Virus record (IMG/VR): IMGVR_UViG_3300028920_001041
DNA: 64,000 nt
Origin: an uncultured virus (IMG/VR IMGVR_UViG_3300028920_001041)
Lineage: Duplodnaviria > Heunggongvirae > Uroviricota > Caudoviricetes
Direction: 5' to 3' (one strand)
This document shows positions 1-7,538 of the stretch, one piece after another (positions within the stretch are counted from its first letter, which is position 1; every line of letters starts with the position of its first letter). The notes under the pieces were generated by a model that was given only the letters and a program-made list of their open reading frames with translations, had not been told where the DNA came from and made no database searches. The position numbers and the translations under genes are program-made.

Positions 1-57
1 CGATTCCACACAAAAGGTCTTCAAACGTTCTCTCACATTTACATCTGTTCACTCGCA

Positions 58-143
58 ATTTCGGGGAAAGTTCGGGGAAGTCCCAGTGCCATTTCCGGGG
101 AAAGTTCGGGGAAGTCCCAGTGCCATTTCCGGGGCATCTGGGG
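58..143. repeat. 34-bp GC-rich direct repeat (2 copies plus a partial) with six GGGG tracts
   Basis: ATTT(C)CGGGGAAAGTTCGGGGAAGTCCCAGTGCC at 58-90 and 91-124, partial copy at 125-134. Confidence 0.9.
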
Positions 144-388
144 CATACCTGGTGTTACTTTACAATTTCATTACCACTCGCAAAAATGCCGTTTATCCTC
201 TGCCCTTGGGCAATTTAATTTTTTTAACAATTTTACAAAACGGGTCTAAATCTTGTATAATTAAAAATATAAAATAATCCTATCATACCCCACACCGTCT
301 TATTCAATTTGAATTTATACAAATAACCTGTTACCATCTGTTGTTACCTGTTGTCATGTGTAGTAATTACATGTATAGTAATTATTAC

Positions 389-856
389 CTAATGTATATT
401 ATTAAGTCTCGTCTTATAGAATAAATAAGAGTTAGGTGATTGTTTTGTTTTAGTTATATGTTTGTCTATATCTACTTGTTTGAAGTTAGCTTTTTTATGT
501 GCTTTTATAGAATTCATATTGTTTTTATTTATTACTGCATATAGACCTTTAGCTTGAGGATACTTTTTTAATAGTGTAGTAGATATAACATCTACTAACC
601 CTTTACGTCTATATTTTTGATGGATTGCTATTTGAAAGAAATGTTTTATGTTTTGTTTAGATCCCCTTAATATTATTCCTGTTGATGCGGCGCGTTTTTG
701 ATCGTACAAGACTGTATACCAATCACTATGAGGAGTGTCAAACCTTACAGCTATATCGTACTCCTTGTTAGGTATATCTATAGTTTTATGAAATTTTCTA
801 TCGAGAGGAATTAGTTCTATGTTGGATGATTCGAATAAATTAGATACAGGAATCAT
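389..856 (-). CDS. GNAT-family acetyltransferase with MISI-like N-terminal motif
   Basis: IAIHQKYRRKGL acetyl-CoA motif A; NMNSIKAHKKANF motif B; N-terminus MIPVSNLFE. Confidence 0.7.
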   Translation of the reverse strand: MIPVSNLFESSNIELIPLDRKFHKTIDIPNKEYDIAVRFDTPHSDWYTVLYDQKRAASTGIILRGSKQNIKHFFQIAIHQKYRRKGLVDVISTTLLKKYPQAKGLYAVINKNNMNSIKAHKKANFKQVDIDKHITKTKQSPNSYLFYKTRLNNIH

Positions 857-944
857 TCTATTATTCCTTAAATACTTATAATTGCTACAATGAATGTTAA
901 TAAGATTATTAGTGTTCCAGTTAGATATAGTTCTCTTGGTGTCA

Positions 945-1180
945 TTACATTTTGATCCTACTTAGCATAGTTTTAGAGCCTGATATTAAAGATCCCTTTC
1001 GTTTTGGATCTTTTACTGCGCGCGATTTCTTCGCCATCAGATCACCTAAGTTTACCGTTCCGAAGTCTTTTGTATCCTGTGTCTTACCAGTTCTACTTAT
1101 GTTTCCTAGATGTCTCATGAACTTTGTTTCTCTTTCTTTCCATTCTCTCACTTCGAATAACCCAGATATATAGAAATCAT
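945..1180 (-). pseudogene. small basic MISI-motif protein, frameshifted by an extra TA near the start
   Basis: GGAG RBS and ATG ATT TCT ATA at 1180; removing one TA gives MISISGLFEVREWK... in frame with ORF 945..1151. Confidence 0.6.
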
Positions 1181-1204
1181 AAGTCTAATTCTCCGATCAA
1201 TATA

Positions 1205-1417
1205 TTATCCTTTTTTAAACATTGCTTGAGATGTTTTAAATATCCATTGAGCCTGGTCTTTAGAAAAACCGTTATTCTCTTCACATGATTTCTTCATACC
1301 CAATGCCATCTTATGTATATCTCCACCCTTCTTTTTGGTGGCGCCAATTATTGCCTTTAATGTACCCTTTGCATTATCTGTTGCGTTTTCTTCTAATATT
1401 CTTGTGATAGATATCAT
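1205..1417 (-). CDS. small basic protein, MISI-motif family (putative internal head protein)
   Basis: GGGGAG RBS; N-terminus MISITRILEE. Confidence 0.7.
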   Translation of the reverse strand: MISITRILEENATDNAKGTLKAIIGATKKKGGDIHKMALGMKKSCEENNGFSKDQAQWIFKTSQAMFKKG

Positions 1418-1429
1418 TTTAATTCTCCC

Positions 1430-2233
1430 CTATACTTTAATTTTATGAGATGCATCTTTAGCAGCTTCTCTACTCCTCTTTATTAACGAAGCAACACCTT
1501 TAAGTTTATCTATAGCACTACCGGTTTCTCCAGTCTTTTCAAAATCATCTTTTGCTGTTTCTAATTTCTCACTACCACGTCTGATACCTTTATCACTTTT
1601 CTTTTCTTCTTTTCTGATATCACGTCTTGATTTATCTTTAATATAAGAATCTTCACCGGTGGCCTTTCTCATAGCCTTAAGCTTCTTACCTACACCATAT
1701 GCTTTCGTAGTAAAATCCGTTAATTTCTTTTCTCTTCTTAAGACTTCAGGAGACATATGCTTACCAATCACTTTGTTCTTTTTGTTGACAAAAGTCATTG
1801 CTCCAGGAGCACCTACTGGCAGTTGAGCTCTGCCCTTTTTAACAGCAGATGATAACTCGTCTGCTTCATGTCTTCGAAGGAGAGGCCCTTCTTTCTTCAA
1901 GTCTGATTTTTTAAGATGTACACCAGTCTTTAATCCAACTATAGTTCTGAAAGGAACTGAGTTTCCTTTAGGCATATTTACACCTTTACCTAAAGGACTA
2001 TCTACTGGCATAGCAAAAGGACCTGCTATATCAGATATTTTTGATTTCTTTATTTTATTACCTGTTTCCCTCAACTTGTAAGCAGTACCTTTATCAATAC
2101 CTTTCATGTATTTTTTACCAGATCGAATAGATTTAGCTACTTTAAGTTTATCTATTCCTTTCTTACTAACATTACCAGCAGCAATCATTTTTTCTGCTTT
2201 ATTAAGTTCAAATACAGCAGATATAGAAATCAT
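1430..2233 (-). CDS. Lys-rich protein, MISI-motif family (putative internal head protein)
   Basis: N-terminus MISISAVFEL; very basic; RRHEADE...HMSPEV motif. Confidence 0.75.
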   Translation of the reverse strand: MISISAVFELNKAEKMIAAGNVSKKGIDKLKVAKSIRSGKKYMKGIDKGTAYKLRETGNKIKKSKISDIAGPFAMPVDSPLGKGVNMPKGNSVPFRTIVGLKTGVHLKKSDLKKEGPLLRRHEADELSSAVKKGRAQLPVGAPGAMTFVNKKNKVIGKHMSPEVLRREKKLTDFTTKAYGVGKKLKAMRKATGEDSYIKDKSRRDIRKEEKKSDKGIRRGSEKLETAKDDFEKTGETGSAIDKLKGVASLIKRSREAAKDASHKIKV

Positions 2234-2264
2234 TTTAATTTCCTTTTATTTTATGAGTAAGAAG

Positions 2265-2558
2265 TCAGAGATTAGGGCTATAATACTTGTGGGAATCAAG
2301 CTTGTTAAAAGTTCGAAGATTTCGCCTAGTTCCATGGATTCTATCTCGTTCTTGCTCCTTCCATGCTTGTTTAGATTCTTTTTCTGCACGAGCATGGAGA
2401 TTATGATCCGCAGGAGGACCCATCCCAGGACTTATTACCGAATGAGGCCCCCATTGTCTAGGCTTTCCCCCATATATATTCTTCGACTTAAGATGTTCTG
2501 TTCTTTTTGGACTCAAATTTACTTTTGTAGCATCAAATAATGGAGTTATAGAAATCAT
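2265..2558 (-). CDS. small basic protein, MISI-motif family
   Basis: N-terminus MISITPLFDA; start overlaps the upstream stop (ATGA). Confidence 0.7.
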   Translation of the reverse strand: MISITPLFDATKVNLSPKRTEHLKSKNIYGGKPRQWGPHSVISPGMGPPADHNLHARAEKESKQAWKEQERDRIHGTRRNLRTFNKLDSHKYYSPNL

Positions 2559-2743
2559 TCGTCCTTCTCCTCATCAACTCGTTTTAATGTGTCAGTAGCG
2601 AAATATTGTCTTGTACATTCACATTCAATACAATGAAAGTTTCTAATCGCTCTTGTACCCTTCTTAACTTCAATACTCATTTTATGTCTACATACAACAC
2701 ATTCGAATTCTCGTTCTATTAATTCTTTTATACTTACACCCAT
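2555..2743 (-). CDS. small zinc-ribbon protein
   Basis: CVVC...CIEC; N-terminus MGVSIKELIE resembles the MISI motif. Confidence 0.6.
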   Translation of the reverse strand: MGVSIKELIEREFECVVCRHKMSIEVKKGTRAIRNFHCIECECTRQYFATDTLKRVDEEKDE

Positions 2744-2747
2744 ATGA

Positions 2748-2939
2748 TTATCCTTTGTTTACTCCCATTTGAGCTGATGCTAAACTTGGTTTTTTAGTCC
2801 TGCCAGGAACTGGTGTTTTATTGAGACCAATTGGCGCTTTAGCTAAACTCACATTGGGAGGATTTACTCTTCTGTAATTTTGTAGCCCGAGAGTTCGAGA
2901 TAGATCTCTTTCCGCTATAATCTTAGTTATTGATATCAT
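2748..2939 (-). CDS. small basic protein, MISI-motif family
   Basis: AAGGA RBS; N-terminus MISITKIIAER. Confidence 0.7.
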   Translation of the reverse strand: MISITKIIAERDLSRTLGLQNYRRVNPPNVSLAKAPIGLNKTPVPGRTKKPSLASAQMGVNKG

Positions 2940-2953
2940 TTTAGTTTTCCTTT

Positions 2954-2985
2954 TAGAGACACCCCGACTAAACGGGGCATCTCTA
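2954..2985 (-). terminator. intergenic stem-loop (terminator or processing site)
   Basis: TAGAGATGCCCCG-TTTAGT-CGGGGTGTCTCTA on the - strand, G-U pairs valid on this strand; no clear U tract. Confidence 0.45.
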
Positions 2986-3447
2986 TTTTTTTGGATCTGC
3001 TGTCAACTTCTCAAAGACTCTACAATCATATCTACATTCAGATGCAAACTGTCTTAGTCTATCATCTTCAATCTGTTTAATCTTCTTGTGAACGATTATT
3101 TGTGGATCAGAGGGATTATTAATATAAGTTGCATACATTCTTATAACGCCATAGTGCATTAGATTTGATGTCAAGAAATACCATTTATTTTTCTCTATTC
3201 TTTTGTTAACACTTTCTTGAAATGTGGTTATCCTAAGAATATCTCTTGTCTTCAATTTTACACTACTCAGATCTTCATAATCATTAATTAGTAATGAATC
3301 TACATTCCATCTCCGATCTTGAGTCATAATGTCTATCTTTAATAGAACTGCGTCGACGGTTTCCTCTCCAATAGTCCGTATGTAAGCCATATTGAGTTCT
3401 TCATCGACGGTCCAATACGCGTTTTCTAAGAACTCGAAGGTATACAT
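2983..3447 (-). CDS. hypothetical protein (possible STAS/SpoIIAA-like fold)
   Basis: 154-aa ORF with RBS; alternating beta/alpha pattern; fold is a guess. Confidence 0.6.
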   Translation of the reverse strand: MYTFEFLENAYWTVDEELNMAYIRTIGEETVDAVLLKIDIMTQDRRWNVDSLLINDYEDLSSVKLKTRDILRITTFQESVNKRIEKNKWYFLTSNLMHYGVIRMYATYINNPSDPQIIVHKKIKQIEDDRLRQFASECRYDCRVFEKLTADPKK

Positions 3448-3458
3448 AATATTCTCTC

Positions 3459-3884
3459 TTAGTTTTGCATATTATCTATCTCAGCTACTGTATCTTTAGT
3501 ATCTTCTTTTAGAGCTTTAAGCTTAGATACTTTGAATGTTTCTCTTACAACTATAACTGTGCCACCTAAAGAAACTGTAAAGGTGCACCATGCTATAAAC
3601 CCGTCCATTGCTACTTTAAAAAACTTAGTTACATCGGAAGCGGCAGTTGGATGTTTTATTACAAAATCCAAAAACTCATCTCGCATACCGAACAGTTTCC
3701 AAAGAAAGAACAGTGACGTTAATAATGGAAAGAAGAATATTAACATTTTCGCGGACGAGAAATTCTCTAGCATCTTCTTTATAAACGCTTTCCAATAAGG
3801 TAATAACAACCCATCTCTTCGTTCTTTACCCGACCGTCTTTCCTTACAACATACAGAAGTTTCTTGTTTATCTTGATCAGTCAT
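3459..3884 (-). CDS. membrane protein with 2 TM helices (holin-like candidate)
   Basis: hydrophobic LIFFFPLLTSLFFLW and FIAWCTFTVSLGGTVIVV; charged C-terminus; ERRSGKERR motif. Confidence 0.6.
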   Translation of the reverse strand: MTDQDKQETSVCCKERRSGKERRDGLLLPYWKAFIKKMLENFSSAKMLIFFFPLLTSLFFLWKLFGMRDEFLDFVIKHPTAASDVTKFFKVAMDGFIAWCTFTVSLGGTVIVVRETFKVSKLKALKEDTKDTVAEIDNMQN

Positions 3885-3977
3885 AATCTAGTTCCTTACA
3901 TATAAGTTAACACTTATACTTGTGTCAATAACATCAATAGGGTAGGGAGGTATTGATTTAATTGTTTTAAATGATTG

Positions 3978-4679
3978 TCATATACTCTTCTCAGAAACGA
4001 ATGCTCGATTCTTTGGTGTCCAATTATTCAGGTTTTCGAAATCATTTTTGAGAATAGCATACATAATCCTATTGGTGTATTCTTTATATGCAGAACGACC
4101 CTTAAGTTGTTTTATAATATCTTCAGCAGCTTTCTTATCAATAGATCGACTATAATTTTTATCATATAGTTTTGGTGCGCCGTCGGCAAAATTTAGAACA
4201 AATGTAATATCTGGATATTTATCTAAAAACTTACCAAAGAAGTCGGCACTATGATTATCTACAACTATATTCATTTGCCAATGAGGATTCTCTTTATACG
4301 CATCAATAACTTTCTGATCTATCTCACTTTTAACAAAGGGAGAACTAACAGCATGTATATCAATTGATTTAATATATTCTTTAAATATTTCATGATATCC
4401 CTTTATGATAAATGTACCATTAGTACAAATTTCTACAGGAACACCAACAGTAGTAAAGAATCTTGACCAAAAGTTTCGAGACAATAGACCTGGTTCTCCT
4501 CCAGACACTACATGACTTGGAAAGAGATGTTTAATCTTTCTAACTTCTTTTAATATTAATTCTTCATTGAATGTATCACCACTATAGGAAATACAATAGG
4601 GGCATTCCCAATTACAGCTATTCAATAACCCTACACAGACATTGTCAATATATAAAGTTGATCCCATATAGTTGTCCAT
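3978..4679 (-). CDS. radical SAM protein
   Basis: CNWECPYC, SGGEP, CTNG. Confidence 0.9.
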   Translation of the reverse strand: MDNYMGSTLYIDNVCVGLLNSCNWECPYCISYSGDTFNEELILKEVRKIKHLFPSHVVSGGEPGLLSRNFWSRFFTTVGVPVEICTNGTFIIKGYHEIFKEYIKSIDIHAVSSPFVKSEIDQKVIDAYKENPHWQMNIVVDNHSADFFGKFLDKYPDITFVLNFADGAPKLYDKNYSRSIDKKAAEDIIKQLKGRSAYKEYTNRIMYAILKNDFENLNNWTPKNRAFVSEKSI

Positions 4680-4701
4680 ATTAATATCACCTCACTTTAA
4701 A

Positions 4702-5043
4702 TTAATACTTAGCTGATGCGAATGTCAATGTAATTGGATCAACACCATCATTTGAAACAAAGATATCTGTCGATTCTCCATCATAAGCAAAGAACTTCAT
4801 ATTAGAGAATTCAGGATTCGTTGTGTTTCCAACCTTGATTTTAAATGGTGAATCAGAAAAGATGACCATCTGATTGATATTTGACGCCAAATTATGATCC
4901 ACTGTTGGTCCAGGTAGATTTGCCTCGCCAGCTTCATGAGAAATAGGTTCATGCATAATCATATTATCCATAAACCTAGAGGTTTTTTGTTGATCTTCAT
5001 CAGTTAATACTACACTCACACTCGTCTTCAATGTTTTCGACAT
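4702..5043 (-). CDS. hypothetical beta-rich protein (possibly structural)
   Basis: AAGGAG RBS before ATG 5043 (MSKTLKT); the ORF-track extension to 5184 crosses a non-coding hairpin region. Confidence 0.7.
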   Translation of the reverse strand: MSKTLKTSVSVVLTDEDQQKTSRFMDNMIMHEPISHEAGEANLPGPTVDHNLASNINQMVIFSDSPFKIKVGNTTNPEFSNMKFFAYDGESTDIFVSNDGVDPITLTFASAKY

Positions 5044-5059
5044 TTTAATTCTCCTTGAT

Positions 5060-5087
5060 TTAATATTCAATGTTTTTGTAAAGAAAT
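5060..5087 (+). promoter_or_regulatory. variant copy of the phage early-promoter motif
   Basis: TTAATATTCAA-N6-TGTAAAGAAAT, same spacing as the copies at 52971 and 53664. Confidence 0.55.
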
Positions 5088-5097
5088 TAGTACAATA

Positions 5098-5191
5098 ATG
5101 GGGTTTGTAACCGAGCTCCAGAAATAATTTGATAATTTTTGGTTTGGATGAAGTCCCACATATAATTGGGGCTTCATCCATCATTTTTTTT
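5098..5191 (+). ncRNA. putative ~95-nt small RNA antisense to the late operon
   Basis: promoter motif upstream; hairpins GGGGTTTG/CGAGCTCC and GGATGAAGTCCC/GGGGCTTCATCC followed by a T tract; G-U pairs favour the + strand. Confidence 0.45.
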
Positions 5192-5461
5192 GTGACGGAA
5201 TCATCATCTCATAGGAAAGGATGCCTAATCAGGTCCACCACGCCCCGTTTAGACTAAAAAACTACAAAACGAATCATCCGCCAAGATATAATCGTGCGGG
5301 CGCATCGCTACGAGAGTACCTATTTGTGATCGCGCTTTCCGGGGGTGGCAAGCGCCCAGTGATCACACGAATTACCCGCACTTTGGATTAAATACTAAGG
5401 GCTGAGGACCCATCACATTTGGTCATGATCGCTCAGAATTTTAACCCGTAGCTTAATCCAA
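5192..5461 (-). ncRNA. putative ~270-nt multi-domain structured RNA, family unknown
   Basis: GC-rich intergenic region with nested helices TGGATTAA/TTAATCCA, CTGAG/CTCAG, GTGCGGGT/GCCCGCAC, TGTGATC/GATCACA, GCGCTT/AAGCGC, TGGCGGA/TCCGTCA; wobbles favour the - strand. Confidence 0.65.
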
Positions 5462-5962
5462 TTAAATATCACTTTCTCCTACATTAACTCCACTTTTCTT
5501 TGTTGATCGATCAATAACCGAGAATATACTATCATCATCACCAGGAGGTATTACTGTGGTGTCATCCTCGGTTAATACTTCTCGCCCTTCTCTAACAGAA
5601 TCAAGAGAAGTTAAAGGAGCACTTGGACGATTATCTTCGACCTCAGTTATCGCATCAACAGTCTTTTCCTCTACTTTCGGTGGAGCAGTAAATGCCGGTT
5701 TTGTTTCTCTAGTAAGATCCGGTCCTGCTGGTTTAACTGGAGGGACAATAGTAGGCCCAGGTGGTCTTACTGGTCCTGCAGTTACTTTTTGCGCTGATTG
5801 TATCTTCGCAAAGATAGTAGTAGCCATACTTGCTTCTTTAAACCCTGTAAAACTTGCAACATTCAATTTATTGAGAATCAATCCTGCTTCCTCGCCTGAA
5901 ATAATTAATTGAAACATTTGAGGTGTTGCTGGTGCCTGTTGTGTTTGATTATTTTCAACCAT
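5462..5962 (-). CDS. hypothetical protein with Pro-rich, probably disordered C-terminal part
   Basis: GGAGG RBS; 166-aa ORF. Confidence 0.75.
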   Translation of the reverse strand: MVENNQTQQAPATPQMFQLIISGEEAGLILNKLNVASFTGFKEASMATTIFAKIQSAQKVTAGPVRPPGPTIVPPVKPAGPDLTRETKPAFTAPPKVEEKTVDAITEVEDNRPSAPLTSLDSVREGREVLTEDDTTVIPPGDDDSIFSVIDRSTKKSGVNVGESDI

Positions 5963-6008
5963 CTTTATTACGCCTCCTAAAACATTTATATTTGATTAGT
6001 ATTTAATC

Positions 6009-6347
6009 TTATCCTGGGAAATTAGCTGGTGGACCTTGGGGGAACCATGATTTTAAAAATGTAATAATTGTCATCACAATACCAATCACCCCAATAATAA
6101 TTCCCACAGACCAAAAGAATTTAGAAAAGTTGGACAATATTTTTCTTTGTTGTTCAATAACAGTATCTAATTTAATAATCGTATCTGACGGAGTTGATCC
6201 TATTGCTTTCAGTAATTCTGTTATAGCGATAGTTAATTCCTTTATCGCCTCAGTATTCCCGTCATTAGAATCTTTAACTTGTGAGAAGAGGAGTTGTACT
6301 ATTCCCTCTGAAACAAGCCCTTCTCCCTTATCTTTGTCATTTGGCAT
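6009..6347 (-). CDS. coiled-coil protein with C-terminal TM helix (holin/XhlA-like architecture)
   Basis: heptad region followed by FFWSVGIIIGVIGIVMTIITFL. Confidence 0.6.
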   Translation of the reverse strand: MPNDKDKGEGLVSEGIVQLLFSQVKDSNDGNTEAIKELTIAITELLKAIGSTPSDTIIKLDTVIEQQRKILSNFSKFFWSVGIIIGVIGIVMTIITFLKSWFPQGPPANFPG

Positions 6348-6348
6348 A

Positions 6349-6927
6349 CTATTCAACCCCTAATTTAATATTTTCAACTGCTTTGCGCAACTTCTCTCTA
6401 TCTCCATCTAATTTCTTTTCTGACTTTTCTTTATCTTCCTCTAATTCTCGTGTGAATTTAAGAAACGTTTCTTTATTTTTATTCAATTGATCTCTAACAA
6501 AGTCAAGAGATCTTTTTAATTCATCACGTTCATCAAGAAGAATCTTCTTTTCAATTGCACGAGCAGATGCACGGGTTATACCTGGAATCTGTACAGGTTT
6601 CTCTAAATAGTCGTAAACGTCTATCGAGCCAGCTTTCTTAAGACTATCAATATTTGGTCTAGCAGTAATAATTATAATCTGGATATTGTTATCTTTCTTT
6701 TTAGCATATTGTGCGACAGTCATACCGTCAAAAGCACTTCCTGGTTGTAAATATATATCTGCTATTACTAAATCAATATCCTCTTCCTCAACAGTCTGTA
6801 TTGCACTACGATAATCCAAAGATGTGAGAACTCGATACTCTTCTCTTTCTAGTGTCATTCTAAATAGTTCGACGACTTCCGGTTCATCATCAACTACTAA
6901 GACACCTGGTAACTTTATTGGGTCCAT
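6349..6927 (-). CDS. response regulator (receiver domain plus coiled coil, no HTH)
   Basis: VVDDE, IADIY (phospho-Asp), IITA, YLEKP. Confidence 0.9.
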   Translation of the reverse strand: MDPIKLPGVLVVDDEPEVVELFRMTLEREEYRVLTSLDYRSAIQTVEEEDIDLVIADIYLQPGSAFDGMTVAQYAKKKDNNIQIIIITARPNIDSLKKAGSIDVYDYLEKPVQIPGITRASARAIEKKILLDERDELKRSLDFVRDQLNKNKETFLKFTRELEEDKEKSEKKLDGDREKLRKAVENIKLGVE

Positions 6928-6929
6928 AA

Positions 6930-7526
6930 CTATTCCTCATCCCGTCTTTGGATAGATTTCACTGCATCGACAAGTTTAGATCTTACACTGGTCATCTTAC
7001 TATTAAGGTCTTTTTGATGATCAACTAACTTCTGAGCCATACTTAAATAATCATCATCTTTGACATTACACTCATCACCCGCTGCTAATTGTGCAATAGC
7101 TTCTTCGAGTTTCGTTTGAGACTCTTTATTAGCCTTCTCTAATTTACGTTGCTCTGTGAGTAACGTTTTTCTTTCTACTGCACGATTACAGATTTGAAGA
7201 AGAGTGTCACGACTAACTGGCTTTGTAAGATAATCAGTTGCTCCATATCGTAGGGCTTGTTGACTTGATTCAACAGTAGGTTCTCCAGTCATCATGATTA
7301 CTAATGTATCTGGACGAGCATCTTTAATAGCTTTTAATATTTTTAAACCACTAATTTTAGGCATCAATATATCTAGAAATACAACATCATAATCTTGTTT
7401 ACCAATAAATCCTTTTGCTTCTCCCCAATTTTCAGCAGTATCAACAACATGCTTTTGCTTTGAAAGAATCGATTTAAAAGAAAATCGTATCGATCTCTCA
7501 TCATCGACAATTAACACTTTTGCCAT
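6930..7526 (-). CDS. response regulator (NtrC-type receiver plus coiled coil, no HTH)
   Basis: IVDDE, FLDILMP, MMTG, YLTKP. Confidence 0.92.
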   Translation of the reverse strand: MAKVLIVDDERSIRFSFKSILSKQKHVVDTAENWGEAKGFIGKQDYDVVFLDILMPKISGLKILKAIKDARPDTLVIMMTGEPTVESSQQALRYGATDYLTKPVSRDTLLQICNRAVERKTLLTEQRKLEKANKESQTKLEEAIAQLAAGDECNVKDDDYLSMAQKLVDHQKDLNSKMTSVRSKLVDAVKSIQRRDEE

Positions 7527-7538
7527 AATATAAGCTCC

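Noticed and set aside
86..277. 63-aa ORF on the + strand
   Set aside because: Starts inside the direct repeat, no RBS, no recognisable protein features
1167..2558. Early-promoter-like TATAGAAAT matches at about 1167, 2221 and 2547 on the + strand
   Set aside because: They are the reverse complement of ATG ATT TCT ATA (Met-Ile-Ser-Ile codons) and lack the upstream element
871..3925. TATAAGT(A/G) as a T4-like late promoter upstream of 856 and 3884
   Set aside because: Only two or three loose matches in very AT-rich DNA, with inconsistent orientation at 49570; not enough to call
5044..5184. N-terminal extension of ORF 4702..5184
   Set aside because: No RBS at 5184, a strong AAGGAG precedes ATG 5043, and the extension crosses hairpins
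5225..5245. tmRNA/tRNA 3' end (TCCACCA on the + strand)
   Set aside because: No T-arm (GTTCRA) or acceptor-stem partner, and wobble pairs favour the opposite strand
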